A DNA stretch of 63,978 nucleotides, the filler included, from Octopus bimaculoides (Eukaryota), in NCBI RefSeq assembly GCF_001194135.2. It is 6 parts of 6 records of this genome, joined end to end, with 100 filler letters (N's around TTAATTAATTAA, not from the genome) between each part and the next. Parts side by side here need not be neighbours in the genome. Positions count along the whole stretch, not along the records: positions 47,173 to 56,878 come from NC_068984.1; positions 56,979 to 62,836 come from NC_069010.1; positions 62,937 to 63,978 come from NW_026336549.1; 3 more parts are not named here. One strand, written 5' to 3'. Of the stretch, positions 53,106 to 63,978 are shown piece after piece. The first letter of the stretch is position 1. Every line of letters starts with the position of its first letter. The notes under the pieces are model-generated. The model made no database searches. It had not been told where the DNA came from and saw nothing but the letters and a program-made list of their open reading frames with translations. Both the position numbers and the translations under genes were made by a program.

Positions 53106-56100
53106 ATATACTCATGCGTATATATGCTTGCATGTATATGTGTGTGTATGTATGTGTCTATATACAGAGAAATGTGTATGTTTTTCATACGTTTACAAAC
53201 CGCAAGTATGCGAACGAAGATAAACACAGACTATCCAACTTTTTCTTAAATATATTTATCCTGTCATAGAAATTAAAAGAAAAAAATGCAAATTAGTAAA
53301 TAAATAAATAAATTAATAAATTTAAAAACAATAATAATGAGACTTCTTGTATTTTCCGCCATTATTTGACATATAATTAAACGCCACTCAATTAAACAAA
53401 AGAAGTTAATCACAAAATGAAGTGTGGTAGACACAAATATAAATATTCTGTCAACACTTTCGACATGTTCTTTATGAAATGAATGAAAATGTTGGGGACT
53501 AGCTTAAAGCCAATAATAGATCTGTAGTTTCTCAATACCATCGCTAATGACTGATAACGTTGATGAGGCGAACAAATATGATGCGGAGAAAGAGGTAACG
53601 AAAGAAACATCATTAAACAAAATTCAAATGAAATATAGTGGCGTTCAAAGGGAAATGAATTCGTATGAATTATTATTTCCCGTGAAAATATAACAAAGTA
53701 AATCTCAAGTATCAATGTTTAGAAATGAAATAATTTAAAATTATTTATTTCTTGTTGTATAATTTAGAAACGGGCTTGTTTAGTGAATTTCTTTCCTCGT
53801 TCTATAGAATACAATTCAAAAGAAGTCATGATTTTATTCCCAATTCATTCATTTGTCTAAGACATCAGACAGAAAAAGTTTAGCTCCTATTTTTCCTATG
53901 TATTTAGGTTATATTTACGTTTATTTATTTATTTATTGCTGACAACCATTTTAATTTTGTCTTTTTTTCAAGTTCTCCTCAGACTGTTCAAATTTTCAAG
54001 TCAGTTCATGAATTGTATAAAGAAAAGAAGTAAAAAAGAACGGGAGAGCTGGTATATTACTTAATGTAAGAAATTTTATCAATAAATCTCTCTTAAAAGG
54101 AATAATTCATCAAGTATTTTCTACATTTCTCTTGCGTATTTTTCTCTTCAAATATCTTACAAATAACATTTTCTAATATAAAAACACATAATCTCATGAT
54201 GTTTTTGTAACGGAATGCTTCCAACCAAAGGTGTCATTGCATTAGAAGACACTTAAAAATGGATAAATGAAAATAAGCTAGGCAAAACAGTAGCTTAAGA
54301 ATAAAAAGGAAAACAAGAAAAAATCAATGAAAATTGCCTGAAATAAGTTTTTAAGAATCACCAGCTGTCAAAAATACATCTTAGAGTTGAATTCATTCTT
54401 TTCCTAGCTAATGTTCTTGTGTTTTTTTTTTTTTGCTTTTTTTTCCGAATTACAATAATAGTAAATCTGACAGTGACATCGATGATATGATCAAATGAAA
54501 AGAGAGAATACACAAAGTATACTGCTTGGCAGTTAATAATATTTGTAATAGAAGAAATAAAATAACGATTATAATGGTGGTCTTTGCAGTTTCTGCATCA
54601 ATTTCCTTTTATGATTTATCGTAATAAAGGTTCTAATGACTTAAGCTTTTGTCCTTCAAGGCCAATGGTTTGTATTATATTAACACTAGAATAATGGTCG
54701 TATTATGTATGCAATATTATTATAAATATTCTCTGTCATTCTTTGCTTGCGATCATTTCAACCCGTTATGAAGCGATTGTCTATTTGTTATATTCCCCTA
54801 CAACAATACCTCTTGAGTTCAATATATCATATTCTTCTTATTTAGACCCCGTCTATAATTGTGTTAGTTCTATAGAAGCGAAAGATAATGTTAACTCTTT
54901 ATGTTGCCCCTCTATCCAATTACGATGGCCAGTATTACCCTAAAGACAGATGTAGATATATTTTCGATTCTTTGGCGGTCACCGCTTGACCCAATTTAAA
55001 TATAATATATACTGTACGCTTTGTTTTAAGTATCATCTTTGATATGATACTGTAAATATAAATGCATAACTTTGCATATAGTTATCCCTAATCTATTGTT
55101 TCTTTTCAAAATACACAGCTATGCTTTACAGTGTAACCTATGTTCCCTGAATAAGTAAAAAACAAGTCTAAAATTATATTCTGGAAAAAAGAAAACAGGG
55201 AATATTGTCTCTTTCTCTTTTCCCACCCTCGTTTATCTCCGCATATTTCTATTTAGCATTTTAATGCAGTATGTATTATATTCACACTACTTTTTACCAT
55301 CTATCAAATAACCTCTATGCATCTAGTTTATCATGGTCTTTGAAGCATCAGTTCCCTTTATATGTCGCATCAGTCTGTTTTTATCTGTTTTCAAACCTTA
55401 TTTATAACAACCACTCCTATTTGTCTCCACCAATTGACGCTTTTCTTTTTTCAATGATCTGTTATCTGTCAGATTATTAAATTTGCATTCTAGATGGATA
55501 ATGTATAACGGCACTTTGTAAATTCCAGCGAATTCATTCGTCTTTCATGACAGAAAGTTTGACATGTTGCTCAATATTCAATAGATTTCGATTCTTTTAT
55601 TGTTTTCCTTTCAATTAGGGCCAGAGGGTATATTTTGAAAATTGTTCAGGGTTACTATATTACATTTCTATACAATTACTTCAACTTGAATACATACCAT
55701 GACTATTATTATAAATGTCATGTTCGAATAGTCGTATCCAGAGGCCGTTTTGCTCTTTAAATGGAGAAGATAAACTTAAGGGAATTGTTAACCCTATCAT
55801 AGTACAAAATACAGTATTTGACTTATCAGATGTATTGTTGGTTATACATTAACGTTAATTGGATATTTATCTTAGATTTTGAAGCTTTTTTTCGCCACTA
55901 TTGACATTTAGATATTTACCTGTTTACTCAAATAAATAAATTACTGGTGCATTAACGGTGTTCAATAACCAGAGTATGCTATACTAAAACACATATCTAT
56001 AGGTCTTATCGTACACATTATATATACATATATGTACATGCAGACTCATGCATGCACATACACAATCACACACACACATGTATATATTTAGAGGCAAATA

Positions 56101-56116
56101 GATAAATAGAGAGAAC

Positions 56117-56156
<40 letters not shown>

Positions 56157-56361
56157 GTGAGTGATTGAGAGAGGAAGAAAGATGTAAACGTCTTGTTTTA
56201 GACAAGATCTTAAAACAATAATTTAGTGAAAAAGAGAGGAAGTATCGGTAGATTTAGATTCATGTCTGTGGTGGGATTTCCGGCGACAAGTACCCTCTTT
56301 TTCTGTCCATGCAGGTACTGCTTTGATATTAAATAATAAAAAGGACATACATATATATTAT

Positions 56362-56792
56362 AGGCGCAGGAGTTCCTTGGTGGTAAGTAGCTTGCTTACG
56401 AACCACACGGTTCTGGTTTCATTCGCACTGCATAGCACTTTACGCAAGTGTCTTCTACTATAACCTGGGGCCGACCAGCGTCTTGTGAGTAGATTTGGTA
56501 GACGGGAACTGAAAGAAGCCCGTCGTGTATATGTATTTATATATATGTATGTCTATGTGTATATATATATGTGTGTATATATATGTTTGTATGTCTGTGT
56601 TTGTCGCCCCAACATCTCTTGACAATCGATGGTGGTGTATTTGCGTCCCCGTAACTTAGCGGTTCGGCAAAAGACAGTGACAGAATAAGTACTAGGCTTA
56701 CAAAGAATAAGTCCTGGGGTCGATTTGCTTGACTAAAGGCGGTGCTCCAGCATGGCCGCACTCAAATGACTAAAACGAGTAAAAGAGTAAAA
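56362..56792 (+). mobile_element. tRNA-derived SINE family B (other copies at ~950-1090, 5430-5550, 12000-12110, 34470-34600 and 51760-51920; minus-strand copies at ~19700-20070 and 56986-57146; 3' parts at 31850-31990 and 44780-44970)
   Basis: A/B-box-like head (tggtaagtagcttgct..ggttc) is followed by CORE-like caccttgggcaagtgtcttc. A conserved 3' part (cttagcggttcggcaaaag..ggggtcgatttgc) recurs. Confidence 0.75.
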
Positions 56793-57302
56793 GATATATA
56801 TAAGTGTGTGTGTGTGTGTGTGCGTGTGCGTAGAATATTGAAAAGGAACACACGAGTTGATATATATATATATATATANNNNNNNNNNNNNNNNNNNNNN
56901 NNNNNNNNNNNNNNNNNNNNNNTTAATTAATTAANNNNNNNNNNNNNNNNNNNNNNNNNNNNNNNNNNNNNNNNNNNNATATATATGGGCTTATTTCAGT
57001 TTCCATCTACCAAATCCACTCACAAGGCTTTGGTCGGCTCAAGGCTATAGTAGAAGACACTTGCCCAAGGTGCCACGCAGTGGGGCTGAACCCAGAACCA
57101 TGTGGTTGGTAAGCAAGCTACTTACCACATAGCCATTCCTGCACCTATATGTATGTATGTATGTGTATGAATGTAGATATGTGTGGGGGTATGTATGTAT
57201 GCTTGTATGTATATGCGTGTATATAGATATGTATGTATGTATGTATATGAAACAGAGACAGACTGGTAAGTGTAGAGATTGGAAGATGGGAATCGTGTAG
57301 AA

Positions 57303-58373
57303 TTAAATTGTAGTTTCTTTAGAATTGGAGACGGAATTATTTCTAGGGGGTGTGATCTTTGGAACACCATTTGTTTGGTTTCTTGTCAGCTTTTGTAACC
57401 TTGCACACCTGAAGCACATTATCGTTTTAAAAGTGGTCCAAAATCTTTCACTGAACCAACAGTACAGCACAAAGTTTATGGATGATTTCAGGGCCGCTAA
57501 CAGGATTGAGATTGCCATAATCAATAAATGGTTCCTGCTCCTGAGACTCCCGGCCTGTATGCTAATGAGATAGTTGTACAGGACATACGGCGCCTGGCAG
57601 ATGAGAAACACGACACACATGGCAATCAACATCGTTGTGATTTTCATTTGTTCTGAACTGATATCGAAGCTGGTTCGTGTGTTGGCTCCAATCTGTCTCT
57701 TAAGATATTGTGTTGATTTGTGTATTTCGTATATGAGACGACTGTTCAAGACCAGGATTAACACGAATGGTACAATGACGCCGCTCAGACCTTCCAAAAC
57801 CCATCCGTAGATAATGGTGAACAGAATCTCTCCAGAGAGCAGCGTTTGGTGCAGCGTGTATTCAGTCTCGTTAAACTCGTTGTGCGAAGTCACAATCTTG
57901 TATTTGGCAAAATGCGGTGATTGGCAAACGAAAGCGGCTATGTAGATAAAAACCACAATACACCGTGATCTGTAGATCGTACACATGTCCATTGCTTTAT
58001 AAGGAATGCAAATGGCAATAAAGCGTTCGACCGCAAGCATGACGGTCATCCAGACTGAAACCAGGTTGAACATTCGCAAGAAAATCTCCGAATAAGCAGT
58101 GAATATCTCCCAGGTGTTTAAGTCGCTATGAGAAACCATCACACCCCACAAACGCAATGAAACAATAATCAAAAACATCAAATCTGCTGCTGCCAATCCA
58201 GTCAAATATGTATTGGTGGAGGTGGCCATGTGTTTATGGCTTAATATTATCAACGTGGTTATAATGCCGACGATTCCACAGATGCAGGCGGACGGTAAGA
58301 CGACTTCTACGAGGACGTGTCTCATATTAATATCACTGTTCGGTGGATAAATTGTCATGTTGTCCAGGTTCAT
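57303..58373 (-). CDS. Class A (rhodopsin-like) neuropeptide-type GPCR, FMRFamide/myosuppressin/sex-peptide receptor-like, 356 aa, intronless CDS
   Basis: Intact ORF with seven hydrophobic segments: TM1 (GIVG), TM2 (STNTYLTGLAAAD), TM3 ending LAVERFIAIC (E/DRY equivalent), TM5 (IVPF..LN), TM6 (FLICQAP) and TM7 (SSINFVLYC). N-glycosylation sequon NMT near the N-terminus. Good Kozak context (cagccATG). Confidence 0.95.
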   Translation of the reverse strand: MNLDNMTIYPPNSDINMRHVLVEVVLPSACICGIVGIITTLIILSHKHMATSTNTYLTGLAAADLMFLIIVSLRLWGVMVSHSDLNTWEIFTAYSEIFLRMFNLVSVWMTVMLAVERFIAICIPYKAMDMCTIYRSRCIVVFIYIAAFVCQSPHFAKYKIVTSHNEFNETEYTLHQTLLSGEILFTIIYGWVLEGLSGVIVPFVLILVLNSRLIYEIHKSTQYLKRQIGANTRTSFDISSEQMKITTMLIAMCVVFLICQAPYVLYNYLISIQAGSLRSRNHLLIMAISILLAALKSSINFVLYCWFSERFWTTFKTIMCFRCARLQKLTRNQTNGVPKITPPRNNSVSNSKETTI

Positions 58374-58625
58374 GGCTGATTAATGAACGGTGAATTTCCA
58401 GGCGAGAAGTTTTCTGAAACCAGATGGTAGATCGAGATATTTAGACGTGTGGATGCTGTGTGAACTGGTGGGAGAGGTTTACGAAATATAAACAGGCAAC
58501 GACATCAATGCAGCATGGTGTTCAGAGAAAATTGTTGAAGGTTGAAGACAATGGAATGGATTCGGTTCTGGTTTCATATGTCCAACTCACAAACGTAGAG
58601 AATTCTGAAATAAAATAAATACATA
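58374..58625 (-). promoter_or_regulatory. GPCR 5' UTR portion of the coding exon and its 3' splice acceptor
   Basis: The minus strand reads tatttattttatttcag|aattctc, with AG at 58606-58605. This implies an exon starting at 58604, 231 nt of UTR before the ATG, and an upstream non-coding exon. Confidence 0.55.
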
Positions 58626-58650
58626 ATAATAATGATAAAATAAATGAATA

Positions 58651-58688
<38 letters not shown>

Positions 58689-58690
<2 letters not shown>

Positions 58691-59776
58691 GGCATGATAG
58701 AGCTGCACAATATATTCACTGGGTAATATGCAAAAACCTGGACTTGCCCCATGATAAAAACTGGTGGGAACACAAACCACCCCCAGTACTTGAAAATGAT
58801 CACATCGCACTCCTCTGGAACTTCACCATTCAAACTGACAGAAAGATAGATGCAAATAGNNNNNNNNNNNNNNNNNNNNNNNNNNNNNNNNNNNNNNNNN
58901 NNNNNNNNNNNNNNNNNNNNNNNNNNNNNNNNNNNNNNNNNNNNNNNNNNNNNNNNNNNNNNNNNNNNNNNNNNNNNNNNNNNNNNNNNNNNNNNNNNNN
59001 NNNNNNNNNNNNNNNNNNNNNNNNNNNNNNNNNNNNNNNNNNNNNNNNNNNNNNNNNNNNNNNNNNNNNNNNNNNNNNNNNNNNNNNNNNNNNNNNNNNN
59101 NNNNNNNNNNNNNNNNNNNNNNNNNNNNNNNNNNNNNNNNNNNNNNNNNNNNNNNNNNNNNNNNNNNNNNNNNNNNNNNNNNNNNNNNNNNNNNNNNNNN
59201 NNNNNNNNNNNNNNNNNNNNNNNNNNNNNNNNNNNNNNNNNNNNNNNNNNNNNNNNNNNNNNNNNNNNNNNNNNNNNNNNNNNNNNNNNNNNNNNNNNNN
59301 NNNNNNNNNNNNNNNNNNNNNNNNNNNNNNNNNNNNNNNNNNNNNNNNNNNNNNNNNNNNNNNNNNNNNNNNNNNNNNNNNNNNNNNNNNNNNNNNNNNN
59401 NNNNNNNNNNNNNNNNNNNNNNNNNNNNNNNNNNNNNNNNNNNNNNNNNNNNNNNNNNNNNNNNNNNNNNNNNNNNNNNNNNNNNNNNNNNNNNNNNNNN
59501 NNNNNNNNNNNNNNNNNNNNNNNNNNNNNNNNNNNNNNNNNNNNNNNNNNNNNNNNNNNNNNNNNNNNNNNNNNNNNNNNNNNNNNNNNNNCTCGAGAAG
59601 TACATGAAACAAATAGGGACTGCAATAAGGGTGGAGCACTTGCAGAAAACAGCACTGCTTGGAACTGCTCGAATTCTCCGGAAGGTGCTCGAAAAATAAG
59701 AGGTGTTACCTTAGTTCACTGGTAGTGAACAGCTGACACCGTAGTATATCTCCAGTGTTAGAAGCTGTGCAAAGAC
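58689..59776 (+). mobile_element. 5'-truncated RLE-type (R4/Dong-like) non-LTR retrotransposon, interrupted by an N gap (the two sides could be different copies)
   Basis: RHDRAAQYIHWVICKNL..WWEHKPPPVLEND..LLWNFTIQTDRKIDAN lies before the gap and LEKYMKQIG..EHLQKTALLGTARILRKVLEK* after it. (TAA)n flanks both sides. Confidence 0.85.
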
Positions 59777-59802
59777 AATAATAATAATAAATAATAATAA
59801 TG

Positions 59803-59833
<31 letters not shown>

Positions 59834-60180
59834 GATAAATTGAGAATAATAATAATAATAAATAGTACTCGTCTTTTAATTTTGACTCTATATCTTTTGG
59901 AGGAGTTCAAATTCCGCCGAAGTTGACTTTGCCTTTCATCTTTTCGAGGTCGATAAATTAAATACCAGTTGTGTACAGGGGTCGATCTAATCGACCTGCC
60001 CCCTCTCCAAAAATTTCAGGCCTTGTGCCTAGAGAAAAAAAGTATACGTGTGTGCATGTGTGTATATGCACGTGTTTGTGTGTATGTACACATTTGTGTG
60101 CATGTATGTGTTTGTGTATGTTTGTGGGTGTATGTATGTACGCATGTGCATGCATGTATGCATGTATGTATGTGTGCGTG

Positions 60181-60220
<40 letters not shown>

Positions 60221-61294
60221 CGTGTGTGTGTGTACTGGTTTCTAACAATGATGTTTTATTCAAAGAAACAAGCAGCTGGAAAGAAGTAAATAGNNNNNNN
60301 NNNNNNNNNNNNNNNNNNNNNNNNNNNNNNNNNNNNNNNNNNNNNNNNNNNNNNNNNNNNNNNNNNNNNNNNNNNNNNNNNNNNNNNNNNNNNNNNNNNN
60401 NNNNNNNNNNNNNNNNNNNNNNNNNNNNNNNNNNNNNNNNNNNNNNNNNNNNNNNNNNNNNNNNNNNNNNNNNNNNNNNNNNNNNNNNNNNNNNNNNNNN
60501 NNNNNNNNNNNNNNNNNNNNNNNNNNNNNNNNNNNNNNNNNNNNNNNNNNNNNNNNNNNNNNNNNNNNNNNNNNNNNNNNNNNNNNNNNNNNNNNNNNNN
60601 NNNNNNNNNNNNNNNNNNNNNNNNNNNNNNNNNNNNNNNNNNNNNNNNNNNNNNNNNNNNNNNNNNNNNNNNNNNNNNNNNNNNNNNNNNNNNNNNNNNN
60701 NNNNNNNNNNNNNNNNNNNNNNNNNNNNNNNNNNNNNNNNNNNNNNNNNNNNNNNNNNNNNNNNNNNNNNNNNNNNNNNNNNNNNNNNNNNNNNNNNNNN
60801 NNNNNNNNNNNNNNNNNNNNNNNNNNNNNNNNNNNNNNNNNNNNNNNNNNNNNNNNNNNNNNNNNNNNNNNNNNNNNNNNNNNNNNNNNNNNNNNNNNNN
60901 NNNNNNNNNNNNNNNNNNNNNNNNNNNNNNNNNNNNNNNNNNNNNNNNNNNNNNNNNNNNNNNNNNNNNNNNNNNNNNNNNNNNNNNNNNNNNNNNNNNN
61001 NNNNNNNNNNNNNNNNNNNNNNNNNNNNNNNNNNNNNNNNNNNNNNNNNNNNNNNNNNNNNNNNNNNNNNNNNNNNNNNNNNNNNNNNNNNNNNNNNNNN
61101 NNNNNNNNNNNNNNNNNNNNNNNNNNNNNNNNNNNNNNNNNNNNNNNNNNNNNNNNNNNNNNNNNNNNNNNNNNNNNNNNNNNNNNNNNNNNNNNNNNNN
61201 NNNNNNNNNNTATATATTTATATATTTTAAAGCATTCGCTTGTTACAAGGTCCTTAGACCACTGAAAACGTAAGAGCTACTAGAACAAAATGGA

Positions 61295-62142
61295 CGTTAG
61301 ACAGAAGTCAATAGGTGAATGATGTACATTAGACTTAAAAGACTGGAGGTCGTATTGAAGAGGAAAACATGACTGTCGAAAGAGAATTCCAAAGTTCAGA
61401 GGCGCGAGGGAAGAAACTGGTACTGTAAAGTGCTTTACGACACTTAGGAGGTTGCACAAAATATACTGATGAGAACTGGATGCAAGTCTAGTTGATTGCT
61501 GATAAGTTTTTAAAAGAGGAACAAGAGAAGAGAGCTCAGCTGAACAATGTCCATGAAAATATCTTTAGAAAAGAGACAAGGAAGCCACAGAAGGGTGATA
61601 AGAGGGTGAATCCAACTTAGAAGATAAATGAGGGCCAATAGCATTACAAATACAGTGTTGAATTTGGTCCAACAGAGTTAAACAATCTGCAGGAGCACCT
61701 GCCCATATATGACAGCAGTACTCAATGCAGGGGCGAATGGTGGACTTATAAAAATAAAGAATAATCTCAGGACTGAGATAACTCCTCAAGCGAAGGAGTG
61801 AGCCTACCTTCATTGCAGCCAATTTGGCAATAGATTCAATGTAATGCTTCCAAGAAAAATCTCCATCGAAACCAATGGCAAGAAAAGATGTCTGAAGCGA
61901 TTAACTGAAAGATGTTTAGTTTTCGATGAATTGAATGTTACAAGCCGTTTCTCACCCCACGCAACAACAGATCGAAGATCATTCTCAAGGCTAGCAGCGA
62001 CCTCAAGCTTATCAGACAAGTCGTCGGATTTGTCCAAACAAGAGTACAAAGTAGAGTCATCAGCATAGATTATTAGCTGACAGATGAATTATGGCAGTAT
62101 TCACCAACTCAAACAAGGAGACCATCCAGAAGAGTTGCAGGA
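61295..62142 (-). mobile_element. CR1/L2-like LINE RT C-terminal half, decayed
   Basis: IYADDSTLYS (YADD at 62067-62056), LVTFNSSKTK, YKSTIRPCIEYCCHIWAGA and SFFPRASELWNSL. Confidence 0.88.
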
Positions 62143-62320
62143 NNNNNNNNNNNNNNNNNNNNNNNNNNNNNNNNNNNNNNNNNNNNNNNNNNNNNNNNNN
62201 NNNNNNNNNNNNNNNNNNNNNNNNNNNNNNNNNNNNNNNNNNCGACGTTGGCATGGGTGCCAGTCGTCGAATTTAGTTCGGTTTCGATTTCAGTTGCCTC
62301 AACAGGTCTTCGCAAGCGGA

Positions 62321-62407
62321 GTTTAGTGACCAAAGAAGGTTTAGTGTCCACAGAAGTGTTTAGTGTCCAAAGAAGGGTTTAGTGTCCAAAGATGGGTTTA
62401 GTGTCCA
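62321..62407. repeat. 19-bp minisatellite (ttagtgtccaaagaagggt), about 5 copies
   Basis: Direct inspection. Confidence 0.85.
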
Positions 62408-62936
62408 TATTTCTTCTCTGTTTTTATCTACGTTTGGTTTAATTCTTAATACCCTTGGAGAATCTTTACGCCTCTACACGCATGATCCATGCTGATGTGT
62501 ACAAATATATACGATTCAACCACAATGATTGAATATCTTCATTCATGCGTTCGGCAATCTTTTTGACTGCCCATGATTTGCATTTTCAACTTCCTCTACT
62601 CTGTATTTTTCGCATTGGCTTTCTATGAGCACTCCGTAATTAGCCCATACTTTCTAAAACATACTTTTATTATTATAAAAGACATTTTAAGATCCACAAT
62701 GATCAGAACTTACCGGCAGCTCTTGGTGGTTCAAATCAGATATGCAATCTTTGTGGGTGTCTTTTCAAAACATTGCCTGGTTTAAAAAGCCACATCAGAT
62801 AGCGTGACGATTCTAAGGTGTAGGTACAGGAGGTGGNNNNNNNNNNNNNNNNNNNNNNNNNNNNNNNNNNNNNNNNNNNNTTAATTAATTAANNNNNNNN
62901 NNNNNNNNNNNNNNNNNNNNNNNNNNNNNNNNNNNN

Positions 62937-62977
<41 letters not shown>

Positions 62978-63602
62978 AACATTATTTTTGCCAACGTTTC
63001 GATTTCCTTTCTTTTAATTAAATCTACATCCCTCGATTGCCATTGTAAGAGCAGGCATAAAAGCCACAGCGTCAAATAAGTTTACTCTACTCTACTCTAA
63101 TCAATAAGAACTGTTAATCGCTCAACTTAACCAAATTCATAGACGGCTTTTAATAGAAAACGTCATATAATTGATATCTTTCCATGTATCACACGTAAAT
63201 GCGATAAATTTTACAGTGATTGATAGATAATTCACTACAGAAGACTGTACATGTGTATCTATCTGTGTATAAGTGTGCACTTACGTGTGTGCGCGCGCGT
63301 GCCTGTGTGTGTGTGTGTATCTTCGCGTATAAGCGTGTATGTGTGTGAGGGTAGGTATATTTATACGCTTGCGTGTTTTGTGATTATAATTAAACACACG
63401 GAGATGCACACAAACATGTAACCAGACACGCATATGTATTATGTATTTATGGTGGCACTTATGAGCATATATACATACATACAAACATACATACAATACA
63501 TACATACATACACTAATACATACATATGTACATATATTTATATATATATATAGCTTCGCAAAGACATAAAGATGCATGTGTAGATTTTGCATACAGGAAC
63601 AT

Positions 63603-63645
<43 letters not shown>

Positions 63646-63796
63646 AACACATATATACGCGGGTACATATTTGTCTAAATACATACATACATCTATGCAT
63701 CTATACATACATACATACATACATATATATATATATTCATATATATACATCTATGCATCTATACATACATACATACATACATATATATATATATTC

Positions 63797-63830
<34 letters not shown>

Positions 63831-63947
63831 GCACACATATATATATACATACACATATATGCATACACATATATATATGTATGTATATACGTGTATGTAT
63901 ATGTGTATATATATATAATATAATATATACATACATACATACAAACG

Positions 63948-63978
<31 letters not shown>

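Overview
Eukaryotic, AT-rich, microsatellite-saturated draft-assembly DNA with many N gaps. The repeat landscape ((TATG)n/(CA)n/(TTA)n plus abundant tRNA-derived SINEs) suggests an octopod/cephalopod genome; this is inference. Two host coding features are supported. (1) The first coding exon of a DEG/ENaC (ASIC-like) channel on + (ATG 18068, pre-TM1 'FTDNCTLHGIRYI' HG motif, GT donor after 18354); I found no second exon in the remaining ~45 kb of called sequence. (2) An intact 356-aa class A peptide-type GPCR (FMRFamide/myosuppressin/sex-peptide-receptor-like) on - with an intronless CDS (57303-58373), possibly nested antisense in the channel's first coding intron. The rest is mostly decayed mobile DNA: RTE, CR1/L2-like and RLE-type (R4/Dong-like) LINEs, a Penelope-like RT, an internally deleted Gypsy LTR element, a DD37D (maT) and a mariner transposon, and SINEs including head-to-tail arrays and a SINE-derived 104-bp satellite. 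There are also two large AT-rich foldback palindromes and a CpG-rich intronic promoter-like cluster. Nearly all other listed ORFs are microsatellite or N-gap artefacts.
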